DNA of 64,000 nt from positions 39,256-103,255 of IMG/VR virus record IMGVR_UViG_3300034374_005666; one strand, given 5' to 3'. Each line of letters opens with the position of its first letter. Position 1 is the first letter of the stretch. Positions 27,665 through 37,424 of this stretch are shown piece after piece. The notes under the pieces were generated by a model, which worked only from the letters and a program-made list of their open reading frames with translations, had not been told where the DNA came from and ran no database searches. A program made the translations under genes and the position numbers. The DNA is from a virus.

Positions 27665-27810
27665 ATCGATCTTATTGTTTCTACATCATCTGTACGTAAA
27701 GAAGATGTACTTATTATAAACCAAGCTCTAAGCTCTATATCATCTCTTTCATGTTCATATTTCCATGAACATGTGCCTAATGTTCTTATCAATCCTATTA
27801 CAGCATGCAT
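27652..27810 (-). CDS. RIIC-family mini-protein, 52 aa
   Basis: MHAVIGLIRTLGTCSWKYEHERDDIELRAWFIISTSSLRTDDVETIRSICVI. Confidence 0.75.
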   Translation of the reverse strand: MHAVIGLIRTLGTCSWKYEHERDDIELRAWFIISTSSLRTDDVETIRSICVI

Positions 27811-27950
27811 ATTATTCTAATTGATTCAGTATCTCCTGTGTTTACAGGCCAGTGAACTAATAAATTCCATGCCTTTATAGCATGAGGATAATAATGTTTA
27901 TCCCTGTTTGAATAATTACCTAAAACAATTAATGTTTTTACATTCATCAT
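27798..27950 (-). CDS. RIIC-family mini-protein, 50 aa
   Basis: MMNVKTLIVLGNYSNRDKHYYPHAIKAWNLLVHWPVNTGDTESIRIICML. Confidence 0.75.
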   Translation of the reverse strand: MMNVKTLIVLGNYSNRDKHYYPHAIKAWNLLVHWPVNTGDTESIRIICML

Positions 27951-27963
27951 AGGCTGTTAGATT

Positions 27964-27997
27964 AAAAAAGAGCAACTCAATTAAGAATTGCTCTTTT
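27964..27997 (-). terminator. terminator-like hairpin immediately upstream of array 3
   Basis: AAAAGAGCAA/TTGCTCTTTT stem with poly-T on minus strand. Confidence 0.65.
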
Positions 27998-27999
27998 GT

Positions 28000-28515
28000 T
28001 TATTTGTATTTTGGATCGAAGCAATATACATGGTAGCCTACCTGCTTCCATGCGTATTTTTCAATGTATTTATACCAACTTGTATTAGGATTGTCATTTG
28101 CACCTATAAAGTATGCAATTCCTTCAGGTGCTGGCCTGTAACCCTTAAGAACCATCTCTGCAGCCTCATAGTGGACTTCTAGGGGCTTTTTATTGAAGTT
28201 GTCTGTATACGCTCCATAATAAGCCTTGCCTCTGCTGTAGGTCTTAAAAATGGCTCCATACACATCCGTATTATATTTTTTGGTTTTGTGTAACACAGTC
28301 TGAGCTATTATCATATTGGACAATAGACCTTGGTTGCAATCTTCCGATCTGATAAGTCTTGCAATAAGTTCTTTATCAGTCTGATTGACTGGTCTCACTG
28401 TGATTTCAGGGAGCGTTATGGTAGGAATAAGAATATGCTCATAAGTATGAGCTGACTGAATGGTTAATGGTATAAATATCAGTAGAAATACAATAAATCT
28501 AGCATACATGTTCAA
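28000..28515 (-). CDS. SleB-like cell wall hydrolase (Hydrolase_2)
   Basis: N-terminal TM/signal; LIARLIRSE, IAQTVL, YF, QVGYHVY. Confidence 0.7.
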   Translation of the reverse strand: MNMYARFIVFLLIFIPLTIQSAHTYEHILIPTITLPEITVRPVNQTDKELIARLIRSEDCNQGLLSNMIIAQTVLHKTKKYNTDVYGAIFKTYSRGKAYYGAYTDNFNKKPLEVHYEAAEMVLKGYRPAPEGIAYFIGANDNPNTSWYKYIEKYAWKQVGYHVYCFDPKYK

Positions 28516-28575
28516 TTGGTATTGTGAAAAAATAAGGTGAACAGTTTCCCATTCACCTTTTATTCTTGGGTAAAG

Positions 28576-28983
28576 TTACAAAGAATAAACTTTGTCTACA
28601 ATACTACCTCTTATCTCTTCAATGTTACTCAAGAGTGAACCACCTTCAAACAGTACATAAGTAGTACCATTGAGTGTGGTGTACACTTTTGTAATCTTTC
28701 TAAGCCTCATGCCATAAATAGCATGTTGACCAAGAAGAGGATGTGTTTCATTTTCTTCTTGAGGCTCTTCTGTATTGACAAGAAGATTGTGTAGTTCAAG
28801 TTGGTTTTCATCAGGCTCACACCTGATTTGTACAATCTTACCAACTACTGCGTGTTCAGTACGCTTAACAAGTCTTGCTATTTTAGCAGTTTCTTCTTTA
28901 GCTATATAAGCATTCACTACAGCCTGTTCTTCTTTAGAAGTCCAACGTTTATAATGATTTTCTGGACGCGATGTTACTAACAT
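28576..28983 (-). CDS. HTH/Myb-like DNA-binding protein
   Basis: KRWTSKEE...IARLVKRTEHAV. Confidence 0.55.
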   Translation of the reverse strand: MLVTSRPENHYKRWTSKEEQAVVNAYIAKEETAKIARLVKRTEHAVVGKIVQIRCEPDENQLELHNLLVNTEEPQEENETHPLLGQHAIYGMRLRKITKVYTTLNGTTYVLFEGGSLLSNIEEIRGSIVDKVYSL

Positions 28984-29064
28984 AATTTATTTCAGTTTAA
29001 AGAAAAAGAACTGCCCCACAGATAATTCCATGAGGCAGTCTTTACAAACACCCTATGAGAACTC

Positions 29065-29445
29065 TTAGATTACAGCACCTGCTTGACGAGCTTCTGCTTC
29101 AGTCTTTGCATTTGCCTGAGCAAACAGTGACTTAAATGCATTTGCATCAGGACGTGCTGCCTGAGTCAAAGCACTTACTGTAATCAGTACACCTTGGTCT
29201 GTCTGGATAAAAGTAGCCAGATAGGATGTACCTACTGTCATGCCTTTATCGTAGTTCTTAGCATGAATAATAGCTTGTGAATTTACGACTTGCCCATTAG
29301 GGTCAGTATACTTCACAGTACATGGGTAGTAAAGCTTACCATTACTGTTAGGCATGGGAGCTTCTGCTACTGATACCAGTTCTACCTGGCTTTGAAGATC
29401 ATACTGCTTAGTGTGGTCGTTCCAAACTTTCTGAAAATTGTTCAT
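29065..29445 (-). CDS. hypothetical protein
   Basis: ORF flanked by hairpins. Confidence 0.55.
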   Translation of the reverse strand: MNNFQKVWNDHTKQYDLQSQVELVSVAEAPMPNSNGKLYYPCTVKYTDPNGQVVNSQAIIHAKNYDKGMTVGTSYLATFIQTDQGVLITVSALTQAARPDANAFKSLFAQANAKTEAEARQAGAVI

Positions 29446-29774
29446 AATTAAATGATTTAATGTAAATTAATGATTAAAAATAATTGAATGAAAAGGAGAC
29501 TACAGGTATAATACCCATAGTCTCATTTAAATTAAAATCGTGACCTAATTTTTGCGTTTTCTCCTCTTTTGAGATCAAGCACATGACCAAGCAAATTATC
29601 TTGCTTGGCTTCTTTTTTCTTAATCTCAAATGCTGTCTTATTCATGTAGACAGTCTTGTCTTTTTTGGTTCTGATGATCTTCATAATTGTTGACTTTAAT
29701 TTGTTACTAAATAAAAAAGCCCCAACTACAATATATTCTGTAGCTGAGGCACAAATTCACTCTAAAAACAATAG

Positions 29775-29860
29775 AGAGGTATGGTGGATTTGAACCACTA
29801 GACATCCGACCCTTAGTTTAACGTCAATGGCTTAGAAGACCACGTAGAGTCTCATACCCC
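29775..29860 (-). tRNA. atypical tRNA-Arg(UCU)-like RNA lacking a D-arm, with long variable region
   Basis: Acceptor GGGGTAT/ATACCTC; anticodon arm GTGGT-CTTCTAA-GCCAT; T arm GTGG-TTCAAAT-CCAC. Confidence 0.65.
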
Positions 29861-29869
29861 TTATTTAAG

Positions 29870-30352
29870 CTAGTTTTTTAATGAGTAAGACTTATTAATA
29901 ATAAAATGCAAAGTTCCTTTACTAGAAATATTAAATTTTTTCATGGTTTTATTATAACTTTTTACTTTATTATAATAGTCTATAATCTCTTTGTGTTTGT
30001 GTTTACGTACTTTAGATGTAGCAATTAATGCTCTTTTTATTCTTATTTGCTCAGGGATATCCATTTGATTTTCAGACTGATTACCTATAGCAATATTTTC
30101 CCAAGAATTATCTAAAGGGTTTCCATTTAGATGTCTAACTTGAATACCTGCTTCAAAGATTTTATCACCGTATTTTTGATAAGCTTGTATTCTGTGAATA
30201 CTAAATTTTTTATTACGACCTTTAATTTTTATAGCAACTTTGTAATATCCATTGTTTATATAACCCACTTGATTGCCTCTTTTGCTGTAACATAACCCTT
30301 CTTCTGTTACAAAATAACCTCTTTCGATCGCAATTTTTTCTATTCTTTTCAT
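29870..30352 (-). CDS. HNH homing endonuclease
   Basis: IHRIQA...VRHLNGNPLDNSWENI...SEN. Confidence 0.85.
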   Translation of the reverse strand: MKRIEKIAIERGYFVTEEGLCYSKRGNQVGYINNGYYKVAIKIKGRNKKFSIHRIQAYQKYGDKIFEAGIQVRHLNGNPLDNSWENIAIGNQSENQMDIPEQIRIKRALIATSKVRKHKHKEIIDYYNKVKSYNKTMKKFNISSKGTLHFIINKSYSLKN

Positions 30353-30466
30353 AGTTCAAATATAAAGAAAATAATTGAACCGTACAAATATACATAACTA
30401 TAAAGAAAAAACAAGAGCAAGTACGATTAAGTACCTACTCTTGCCAATCTTAACAGTCGTCATATC

Positions 30467-30880
30467 TTAGCAATAGAGTGACTTTGCAATAAACGCCACA
30501 TCTGGGTAGCAAGCAAAATCAAACAACTCTTCAAGCTCATTACAGTTATCCTCACATTTGTTCATAAACTGAACGCTCTTATAAGGATAATACTGTGCAT
30601 AAACATCAAGCCATGCAGAAGTTGCGTCCAGACCTTCGTTGATAAGCATATCAACGTGAGCCTTCATTGCGTTGAACTTGCTCAGTCTGATACGTGTAAC
30701 TTGGTCTTGACAAGTCTTAAGAAATGCCATACCAAAGCTGTCAGACTTTGGATTAGCAAAACCCTGAGCAGCCTGAGCTACTTCTTTAAGGCGTTCTGCT
30801 TTATCTTCTGGGCTAAGTACCAGTGTACCATCCAGAACCTGAGTCAGCGTCTGAAATACACGCTTAAAATTGATCTCCAT
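30467..30880 (-). CDS. hypothetical early protein
   Basis: ORF in operon. Confidence 0.5.
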   Translation of the reverse strand: MEINFKRVFQTLTQVLDGTLVLSPEDKAERLKEVAQAAQGFANPKSDSFGMAFLKTCQDQVTRIRLSKFNAMKAHVDMLINEGLDATSAWLDVYAQYYPYKSVQFMNKCEDNCNELEELFDFACYPDVAFIAKSLYC

Positions 30881-31104
30881 TAGTTCTCTAATTTAGCAAT
30901 TAACAATCCAGCCTCTAGTCTGAGCTTAAACTCATCCTCTGGCTGATTAACATAAAGATTCTGCATCTGGTAAAGCTCAGTCAAAACACTATTAGCATAC
31001 AGTCTAAAAGGATGCCCTTGACTGTTAGCTATTTTTTCAAGCCTCCACTTACCAGGTAGGACTACATTCATAAATAGTCCCTCATTATCTGGTATGTTTA
31101 CCAT
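30880..31104 (-). CDS. hypothetical early protein
   Basis: ORF with TAATG coupling. Confidence 0.45.
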   Translation of the reverse strand: MVNIPDNEGLFMNVVLPGKWRLEKIANSQGHPFRLYANSVLTELYQMQNLYVNQPEDEFKLRLEAGLLIAKLEN

Positions 31105-31325
31105 GCTCCCAGTTTTTGTTTTAAGATAGCTACTTCACGTTCAGCAAGATTGAGCTTGTGCTTAGCTTGCTTGATAGTCAAGTGTTCATTTAGAAATGTA
31201 CAGAACTTTGTAGTCTGTTTTCCAAAGTTACCAATAAAATCTGTGTACTGCTCAATATTTTGTTTACGTCGAGCCAGAGCTTGCTCTTGACGAATTTTAT
31301 GCTTAACTCCACTTGTAAGCTTCAT
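31098..31325 (-). CDS. hypothetical early protein
   Basis: ORF in operon. Confidence 0.45.
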   Translation of the reverse strand: MKLTSGVKHKIRQEQALARRKQNIEQYTDFIGNFGKQTTKFCTFLNEHLTIKQAKHKLNLAEREVAILKQKLGAW

Positions 31326-31336
31326 AGTTAATTATT

Positions 31337-31603
31337 TTATTGTGTTAACAAATTGATGTATTTTTTATCCAGTTCTTCAAAGAAGGCTTTACCCTTCTCT
31401 GTTTGCTGTTCTGGATTATTGTAATCATACTGTATCTTTTTAAATACAGTTATGATATAGTCACGCTGCATTCTAGACATCTGAGAGTTTTTATCCTGAA
31501 TTAAGATATACTCATCAAGAATGTCTGTAACTGCCATATCATCAATTGCTCTTTGATATGGTTTGCGTGGGTCAATATGACTTAAGTCTAGTATTTTCTT
31601 CAT
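31337..31603 (-). CDS. hypothetical early protein
   Basis: ORF in operon. Confidence 0.5.
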   Translation of the reverse strand: MKKILDLSHIDPRKPYQRAIDDMAVTDILDEYILIQDKNSQMSRMQRDYIITVFKKIQYDYNNPEQQTEKGKAFFEELDKKYINLLTQ

Positions 31604-31707
31604 TTGTTAATTTTTAAAAAGATTAGAAAAAGCAGCACGGACAAACACTGCCTGACGAATATTCCCAATTTGCCAAATGATTAATAAATTGATAGTCCGT
31701 TAAAAGT

Positions 31708-31914
31708 TTAAGAAGATTTATTAAATCCTAGTAAACTTACTAAAGTTGCAATCCAAAAAGCTTCCCAAAATTCAATCTCTGATGTAATGTAATTTTTTTC
31801 TACTACCATAGGAAATAGCTCTGGAATAAGCCATGCCCACAGATACTGTAGTAAAAGAGTTAACAATACAACTACTGCGATAATTGCTCCAATAGCACCA
31901 ATAATTTTACTCAT
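31708..31914 (-). CDS. small membrane protein
   Basis: Two hydrophobic helices. Confidence 0.55.
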   Translation of the reverse strand: MSKIIGAIGAIIAVVVLLTLLLQYLWAWLIPELFPMVVEKNYITSEIEFWEAFWIATLVSLLGFNKSS

Positions 31915-31935
31915 AATAATATATTTTTGAAAAGT

Positions 31936-32649
31936 TTAAAGATTCTCGTTAACCCATTCTTTGCCCTCCAAGTATTGAGCACCTAAATGGTGATTATAGC
32001 CTGCGTAGAAAGCTTTAATTGCAAAGTTTACAACTTCTTCTCTACTATAGCTATCTTTTACTTTACGAATAGTTATAGTATTGTTGTTGTCTACTTTAGG
32101 TAAATACCCTTCTCTTACAGTTTCTATACAAATGTCAGAAGCTCCAACATTACCACAAACTGTACATTTATAAAAGTCAGTTCCGTTGCTGTCACAATCT
32201 ATCCAATTGGTACTACTGTTACACTCTTGCTCGACATACTCATATTCTACATCTATTTCAGTAATCTGCTGGCCTTTATTATAAAGTTCAACATACTTCT
32301 GGATAAATGCTTTACTAGGTTGTGGTAAACCTAGCTGTGTATCAGTAGAGGCAATGACTTTAAAACAGTCATTTACATCTCCAGAATTAAGCCATTCTGA
32401 GTTCATAAACGCTTTTTTGTCTTCTTTGTATAAAGAAGGTTTATTGTTAAAACTTCTCATCTTAACAAACCAATCTCCATCTTGGATTGGATCATCAGAT
32501 AGAATGTAGAGATGTTGTTGATTGTTAGTTGCTAGTCCTTTAGAATAGCTGACAAGATGAATTACATTATTATATCTAATAATAATATAATCACCAACAT
32601 TTGCTTTTTGATTAGTAGCAAGCATAGCTACTTTGTGTCTTTTAAGCAT
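31936..32649 (-). CDS. conserved Bacteroidota-phage hypothetical protein
   Basis: QHLYILSDD.I.DGDW, KVIASTD, LPQPSKAFI..YV, VEYE. Confidence 0.65.
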   Translation of the reverse strand: MLKRHKVAMLATNQKANVGDYIIIRYNNVIHLVSYSKGLATNNQQHLYILSDDPIQDGDWFVKMRSFNNKPSLYKEDKKAFMNSEWLNSGDVNDCFKVIASTDTQLGLPQPSKAFIQKYVELYNKGQQITEIDVEYEYVEQECNSSTNWIDCDSNGTDFYKCTVCGNVGASDICIETVREGYLPKVDNNNTITIRKVKDSYSREEVVNFAIKAFYAGYNHHLGAQYLEGKEWVNENL

Positions 32650-32843
32650 GGTTTTAGCTTTTAAGAGTTAGTTAATTAGTACATATTAGTATTAAGTCTC
32701 CTATGCCACGTAAAGGCTTGTACTATATAGGAGATTTTGTAAGACACATCAGTAAAAGAACCAGAATTGATTTGCATTCCCCAGTTTACTCTGGTACAGC
32801 TAGATGGTTCGTATGTGTCTTACAGGAATTTCAACCTTAATTC

Positions 32844-33236
32844 TTAATAGCAACCACTACCTACACTACCCGTAGGTAGCATATAGATAGCAGACACACC
32901 CACTCTCTGTGTATTCAACTGAACACCTATGAGAAGGTTATCCACTATGTTGTAGTGGTATTCCAACGTGGCCATCTGGCCTCTAACATGTTGACCAAAG
33001 AACTTCAAATCTAAGCTTATCAAATGGTCATACTGAATGTACAAACCTGTCTTAAATCCTACATGGACTTGATTGTTCAAGTTGTAGCTTAAAGTAGCCA
33101 CAGCTTGTACACCTACTTCAGCAGGCTCGTCCCATCCTACCAAGAGTTTGACATCTTGGTTGGTCAGTTGTAAACCAACTTGTCCTTGTACTGATATAGT
33201 AATCAGTACAAAAACGATAATGATAAATGGACGCAT
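32844..33236 (-). CDS. signal-peptide protein, beta-barrel-like
   Basis: MRPFIIIVFVLITISVQG-Q; amphipathic beta strands. Confidence 0.5.
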   Translation of the reverse strand: MRPFIIIVFVLITISVQGQVGLQLTNQDVKLLVGWDEPAEVGVQAVATLSYNLNNQVHVGFKTGLYIQYDHLISLDLKFFGQHVRGQMATLEYHYNIVDNLLIGVQLNTQRVGVSAIYMLPTGSVGSGCY

Positions 33237-33494
33237 AATTGTTAATGTTTTAGAGTGTAAATCTTATTCTGTTAAGTAATGTGCCAGAGCAGGGTTTAAT
33301 CTACTCTGGCTTTCAGTTTACTACTTCCACAAGATAATGGCTTTGTAGCCACTTGCTGTCTCAGTAATGTTGATGTTCAACGCTTTTTTCTCTGGCTTTT
33401 TAGTGAGCCAGAAATTTACTCTTTCAAGAGTTTCTTCTAACGTTGATTCATTAATCTCAATCATACCTTAAAGTTTTAGAGTGAAGTAATTTTG

Positions 33495-33746
33495 TCATTT
33501 AACCTTAAACTGTAAAAGTTGGCTCCAAGTCATTTGAAACTCAAAGCTTTCAAGTTTAAGACCTTCCACTTTGAACTTGCACATCTCTACTTCATAAGGC
33601 AAAGATGGAAATTCTTCAGTCAGATAGTACTCTTCCTGAGCAGGGTAAATGTTGTCATCTAGTTCTGCTACAATACCAGACATCAGTTCTTCGTTATTAT
33701 CTTGACGAAGAATACGCCAAGCATAAGCTTCTGTTGGATATTCCAT
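33495..33746 (-). CDS. hypothetical early protein
   Basis: ORF preceded by ACTCTTAAA motif. Confidence 0.5.
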   Translation of the reverse strand: MEYPTEAYAWRILRQDNNEELMSGIVAELDDNIYPAQEEYYLTEEFPSLPYEVEMCKFKVEGLKLESFEFQMTWSQLLQFKVK

Positions 33747-34361
33747 TTTTCTTGTTGTTTAAGAGTGAAGTAATGTCGCTATCCTACGCATAGTATTTCT
33801 ACTAGCTTAACCAAGAATAGCTCGCACAATAGGTTTATCATCAAATGTGATATAACCTTACTCAAGTGGCTATTAACCACCATAATGTATTCCTACTTCC
33901 TAAGTTATGGAAGTAACCATAGTCTAAAAGAATACATCTGCTCACCTGCATGTTGAGGATTTTGCATTAAGGTTTTACTTGAGGCAATAACAGTCTCTGG
34001 CTAACAGGTAAGTTTAACCCTTGCTAACTTGATACAGTATTAGTATCATACTTGGTTAACTCTTATACTTTGTTATTGCTGCCGCCTCCTAAAAGAACTG
34101 ACGCTCAGTCTTATAGGATTTACATTGTACACCGTTACTCCAGGATAGTTACGATGTCAGATGTTAAAAACTACTACTGTGATCTACCAGCACTATTTCA
34201 CATTACTTGTATATGTATGGCTTTACCCATATTGTAAAGGCTCTTACGTCCTACCATATACTTTCAATCAATAGAAATAGCAAGATATTAAGATAACTCT
34301 GCGGTATTGTAGCATTGTTATCACTTGTTATTTATTATGCTGTACTACAGTAGTAGTTCAA

Positions 34362-34646
34362 TTAGTAGCTTGAAAATCTTTGCTTGTAGTGCCGTTTTAG
34401 TACTACACAGTGTAGCCGTCTAACGCTTGTCCTAATCTCAGGGAGAAACTTGGAGGCAGGGCTTACTGTACTGGTTGTGTGGGCATAGTCTACCTTTACG
34501 GTATCTGTGTACAACACACCTTGCTGGGTGTAATTGTAGACAAACTCATCACCTACTTCAGGGATTGTGTCTGAGGGCGATAAAATGTCTGTGCATTTAC
34601 CATTTATATGCAATTCTGTTCTTACGTATTCCATATATTCCTTCAT
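34362..34646 (-). CDS. hypothetical early protein
   Basis: ORF preceded by ACTCTAAA motif. Confidence 0.5.
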   Translation of the reverse strand: MKEYMEYVRTELHINGKCTDILSPSDTIPEVGDEFVYNYTQQGVLYTDTVKVDYAHTTSTVSPASKFLPEIRTSVRRLHCVVLKRHYKQRFSSY

Positions 34647-34756
34647 TGTATTTAGAGTTTTAGAGGTTATACTATCTACATCACATGCTGTTTAGGCTGT
34701 GACCTACTATTGTAGATAGTATGTTAGTAATCCACAAGTAGGCTGTGGTTTGGTCT

Positions 34757-35242
34757 TTACTTAAATGTTGGCTCAAACTCCAACAAATAAGTTTTCAACG
34801 CTACCTTTTTAGAAGGTGTCTGGAACGCTTGACCCTCTTCGTTAGGGTCAAATGCAAATTTCCAAATCTCCAACAGCATGTTACCTGCTGTTGTCTGAGT
34901 ACTGGAAATCCATAGTTCTTCACTTGCGAAGTGGTAGTTTCCACCACCATCTTCATTTAATTCGGCTACCTTGATGGAAAATCCACCGATCAGCCACTGT
35001 ATGGCTTTTTCAAACCATACTACAAGTGAATTGGTGTCTCGGTAAGTGCCAAAATCACCTTCTTCTGCGTCTTCCCACTGTGTAAATGGAATTACGCAAG
35101 GTTTTAATGGAGTTGTGTACACGAGACTGCCATAGTGATAGCCTTCGCAACGAAGCTTGGAAGCTTCTTCTTTTAGCACGTTAAAGATCACATCAAGATT
35201 CTTGGATTCTATACTAGTAGTACGCATAATTTTACTAGGCAT
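34757..35242 (-). CDS. hypothetical early protein
   Basis: 161 aa ORF. Confidence 0.5.
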   Translation of the reverse strand: MPSKIMRTTSIESKNLDVIFNVLKEEASKLRCEGYHYGSLVYTTPLKPCVIPFTQWEDAEEGDFGTYRDTNSLVVWFEKAIQWLIGGFSIKVAELNEDGGGNYHFASEELWISSTQTTAGNMLLEIWKFAFDPNEEGQAFQTPSKKVALKTYLLEFEPTFK

Positions 35243-35847
35243 TTCACCTATACGGACTGTGGGTTAGGAATTGAAAGAGCCAGCCTGTAACTCTAACAAT
35301 TGTTAATAAATGATACTAACCACTACCACATGGTTAGTCTGCACAATAGAGAATAGTGGTAGATATTCTCTTAGGACTACAGTCATTTCCTACTGTAGAA
35401 CGCTTACCTTTGGTCAAAGGAGCTGGTAAGCTGCCATCATATAGAGTACTCCTCAGTACATCTCTATACTTATCCCAATTGAATGGGCTTTCACAATCAT
35501 CCCTACTACGTTCAGGATGTTGATGATAAAAAAGCTGATATTATTTTTGTTTAGACACTTAATGTCTAAACCCTAGGTGACTAACCTAGTTACTCGGAGC
35601 GAACAGGGAAGTTTCATCCTTCTGTCTGTATCGGCAACCTTTATCTTTAACGAGCACTTGTCATTATTACCTACAATTAAGCAAGTATAAAAAGATAAAG
35701 TCTCCTTATTCAGGTACACCTTCAGCTATTAGTGTACCATATCCTAACCCTCATATATGTATGAGTGTCTCTATTATACTGCTGTTAGGAATAGCAGTAA
35801 GCCCCTTTGATGTTATCGCAGGGGCTGTGTTTTAGTTTAAAAGTTTA

Positions 35848-35991
35848 TTATGCTGGACATCCACAGTTTTCGCAAAATGTGGTGTTTTCATCAGGAAGAT
35901 TAGGCCCACCTTCACACTGACAGGTTACAGCCTCTTCTTCAGGAATTTCATTTTCTTCGTGGAATTCAAGCCACATATTTCCGTTTGTCAT
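35848..35991 (-). CDS. small Cys-rich protein, 47 aa (not in track)
   Basis: MTNGNMWLEFHEENEIPEEEAVTCQCEGGPNLPDENTTFCENCGCPA. Confidence 0.45.
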   Translation of the reverse strand: MTNGNMWLEFHEENEIPEEEAVTCQCEGGPNLPDENTTFCENCGCPA

Positions 35992-36440
35992 TTTATTCTA
36001 GTTTAATAGATTAAAAAAAGAAGTCTAGTAGGCATGATTACTGATGGTCTTAAGACTACTTTGATTTGACTAGCTAAATCTCATCAGAGCATTGCATATC
36101 ACTATGCTAATTTCAGTCTCCTATTACTCGGGTGCAATCATGCAGCAGTGCCGAGTCTCCCTACTAGACTATTAAGTTAGTGTATTAACTCTCCATCGAG
36201 GTTGCATAACTTAATATGCTCAAACCCATAGAGTTTTATTTACCTGTTAAGGAAGTATGCTCACTACACATACTTGTAAGATTGTTTTTATAGTTTAACA
36301 ATCCAATGCCTTTATGTATGGCTTAGATTGTATAGGTTAAAATTGAAGTGGAGAAAAGGTTAGGATTTGGGGAAAGTGGTTGTAGAAACCACACTAACCC
36401 TATCACTTGCATTTTGCAAGTAATCCTAACCTCTTGATTA

Positions 36441-36779
36441 TCAACTCATTAGCTCTCTTACAATGGCAGCTACAGCCTGTGCTTTAGCAGCTACAGTAGC
36501 TGATCCTGGACTAACTGCATACGTTGCCCATGTAGGGAAATGTGGGAAGTTTAAGTTCAGCATTTGATCCTTTGTCAAATAGTAGGACTTGAACCAATCC
36601 TTAGTCTTTCCGTCTGAGTGACGGACGTCCAAGGCAATAGGAAACTGAGCTTCAGCCCCATTATCTTCATCTGCCAAGAAAGTGAGAACTGCACTTACTT
36701 CTTCTGCGGAGTAAATCCCTTGAGGATTTTCAAACCCTGTTCTGGCTAGATCTAGGTTTCTGTTGGATAAGATATTCAT
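36441..36779 (-). CDS. hypothetical early protein
   Basis: ORF preceded by ACTCTAAA motif. Confidence 0.55.
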   Translation of the reverse strand: MNILSNRNLDLARTGFENPQGIYSAEEVSAVLTFLADEDNGAEAQFPIALDVRHSDGKTKDWFKSYYLTKDQMLNLNFPHFPTWATYAVSPGSATVAAKAQAVAAIVRELMS

Positions 36780-37172
36780 AGTCTTATTGTTTTAGAGTAT
36801 AAGTAAAAAACAAGCTGGAGTTTACTACTTTTATAGTATAAAACTATAGATTTTAAATGTGGTTTACTCCACTTTACCTCACAGCCTGTTTGTTAATCAA
36901 TTAGTTATTGCTATCAATGCGATACAAGATAGTACTGTAATAAGAGCCAAAACAGCTCCTGCAGCCAGCATAATACTGTCCTGCGTAATGTAACCTACTG
37001 GAAATAGCACCAGTATGGCTGCGAACAGACATACTATAATGATAGCAATTGTGAATTTATACTTTTCCATTGTTCGTATTTAAGTCTTAACAATTAGGTG
37101 AAAACTCTATCGTATTTGAGTCTCACCCTTTAGAAACCCCACACAACCCGAAGGCTGTGCAGGGCTTGAGGT

Positions 37173-37424
37173 TTACCAGGTCAGCTCCTCTACTGCTTCC
37201 ACGTTAGGCAGACGGAACATCCAGTTGCCGTACTGAGTTTTCACAGGCTTGAGTGCCTTGAGTACATCAGCAGGGCTACCATAAGCTTTCAACTCTTGCT
37301 CAGAGTTGATTACCTTAAGAGGTGCGCCAGCACTGTTACGTGCCCAAATAGCAATGACCTCAGCACCTGTATCAGGATGGAAGGTACGACCTCTAAATAA
37401 CGCTGTTGCTTGTGCGTTTTCCAT
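37173..37424 (-). CDS. first gene of the leftward early block (start moved to MENAQ)
   Basis: ACTCTTAAA motif precedes ATG at 37424. Confidence 0.55.
   Translation of the reverse strand: MENAQATALFRGRTFHPDTGAEVIAIWARNSAGAPLKVINSEQELKAYGSPADVLKALKPVKTQYGNWMFRLPNVEAVEELTW

Larger units (their letters stand above)
26753..27950 (-). repeat. mini-gene array 3 (9 units)
   Basis: ATGs at (26765), 26869, 26994, 27125, 27256, 27387, 27518, 27664, 27810, 27950; spacings 104,125,131,131,131,131,146,146,140, all 2 mod 3. Confidence 0.9.

Noticed and set aside
19893-27950. Arrays as CRISPR arrays
   Set aside because: Repeats are degenerate, intervening segments are about 80-120 nt and always frame-preserving and open, and I recognised no cas genes.
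19893-27950. Classical diversity-generating retroelement
   Set aside because: No reverse transcriptase recognised in the window and no template/variable repeat pair differing only at adenines; the unit middles are unrelated. An RT elsewhere in the genome cannot be excluded.
19893-27950. Gaps caused by stop-codon reassignment
   Set aside because: Core genes are intact in the standard code, mini-gene stops are mostly TAA, and successive units are in different frames.
29775-29860. tmRNA
   Set aside because: Only 86 nt, with an anticodon arm and no tag reading frame.
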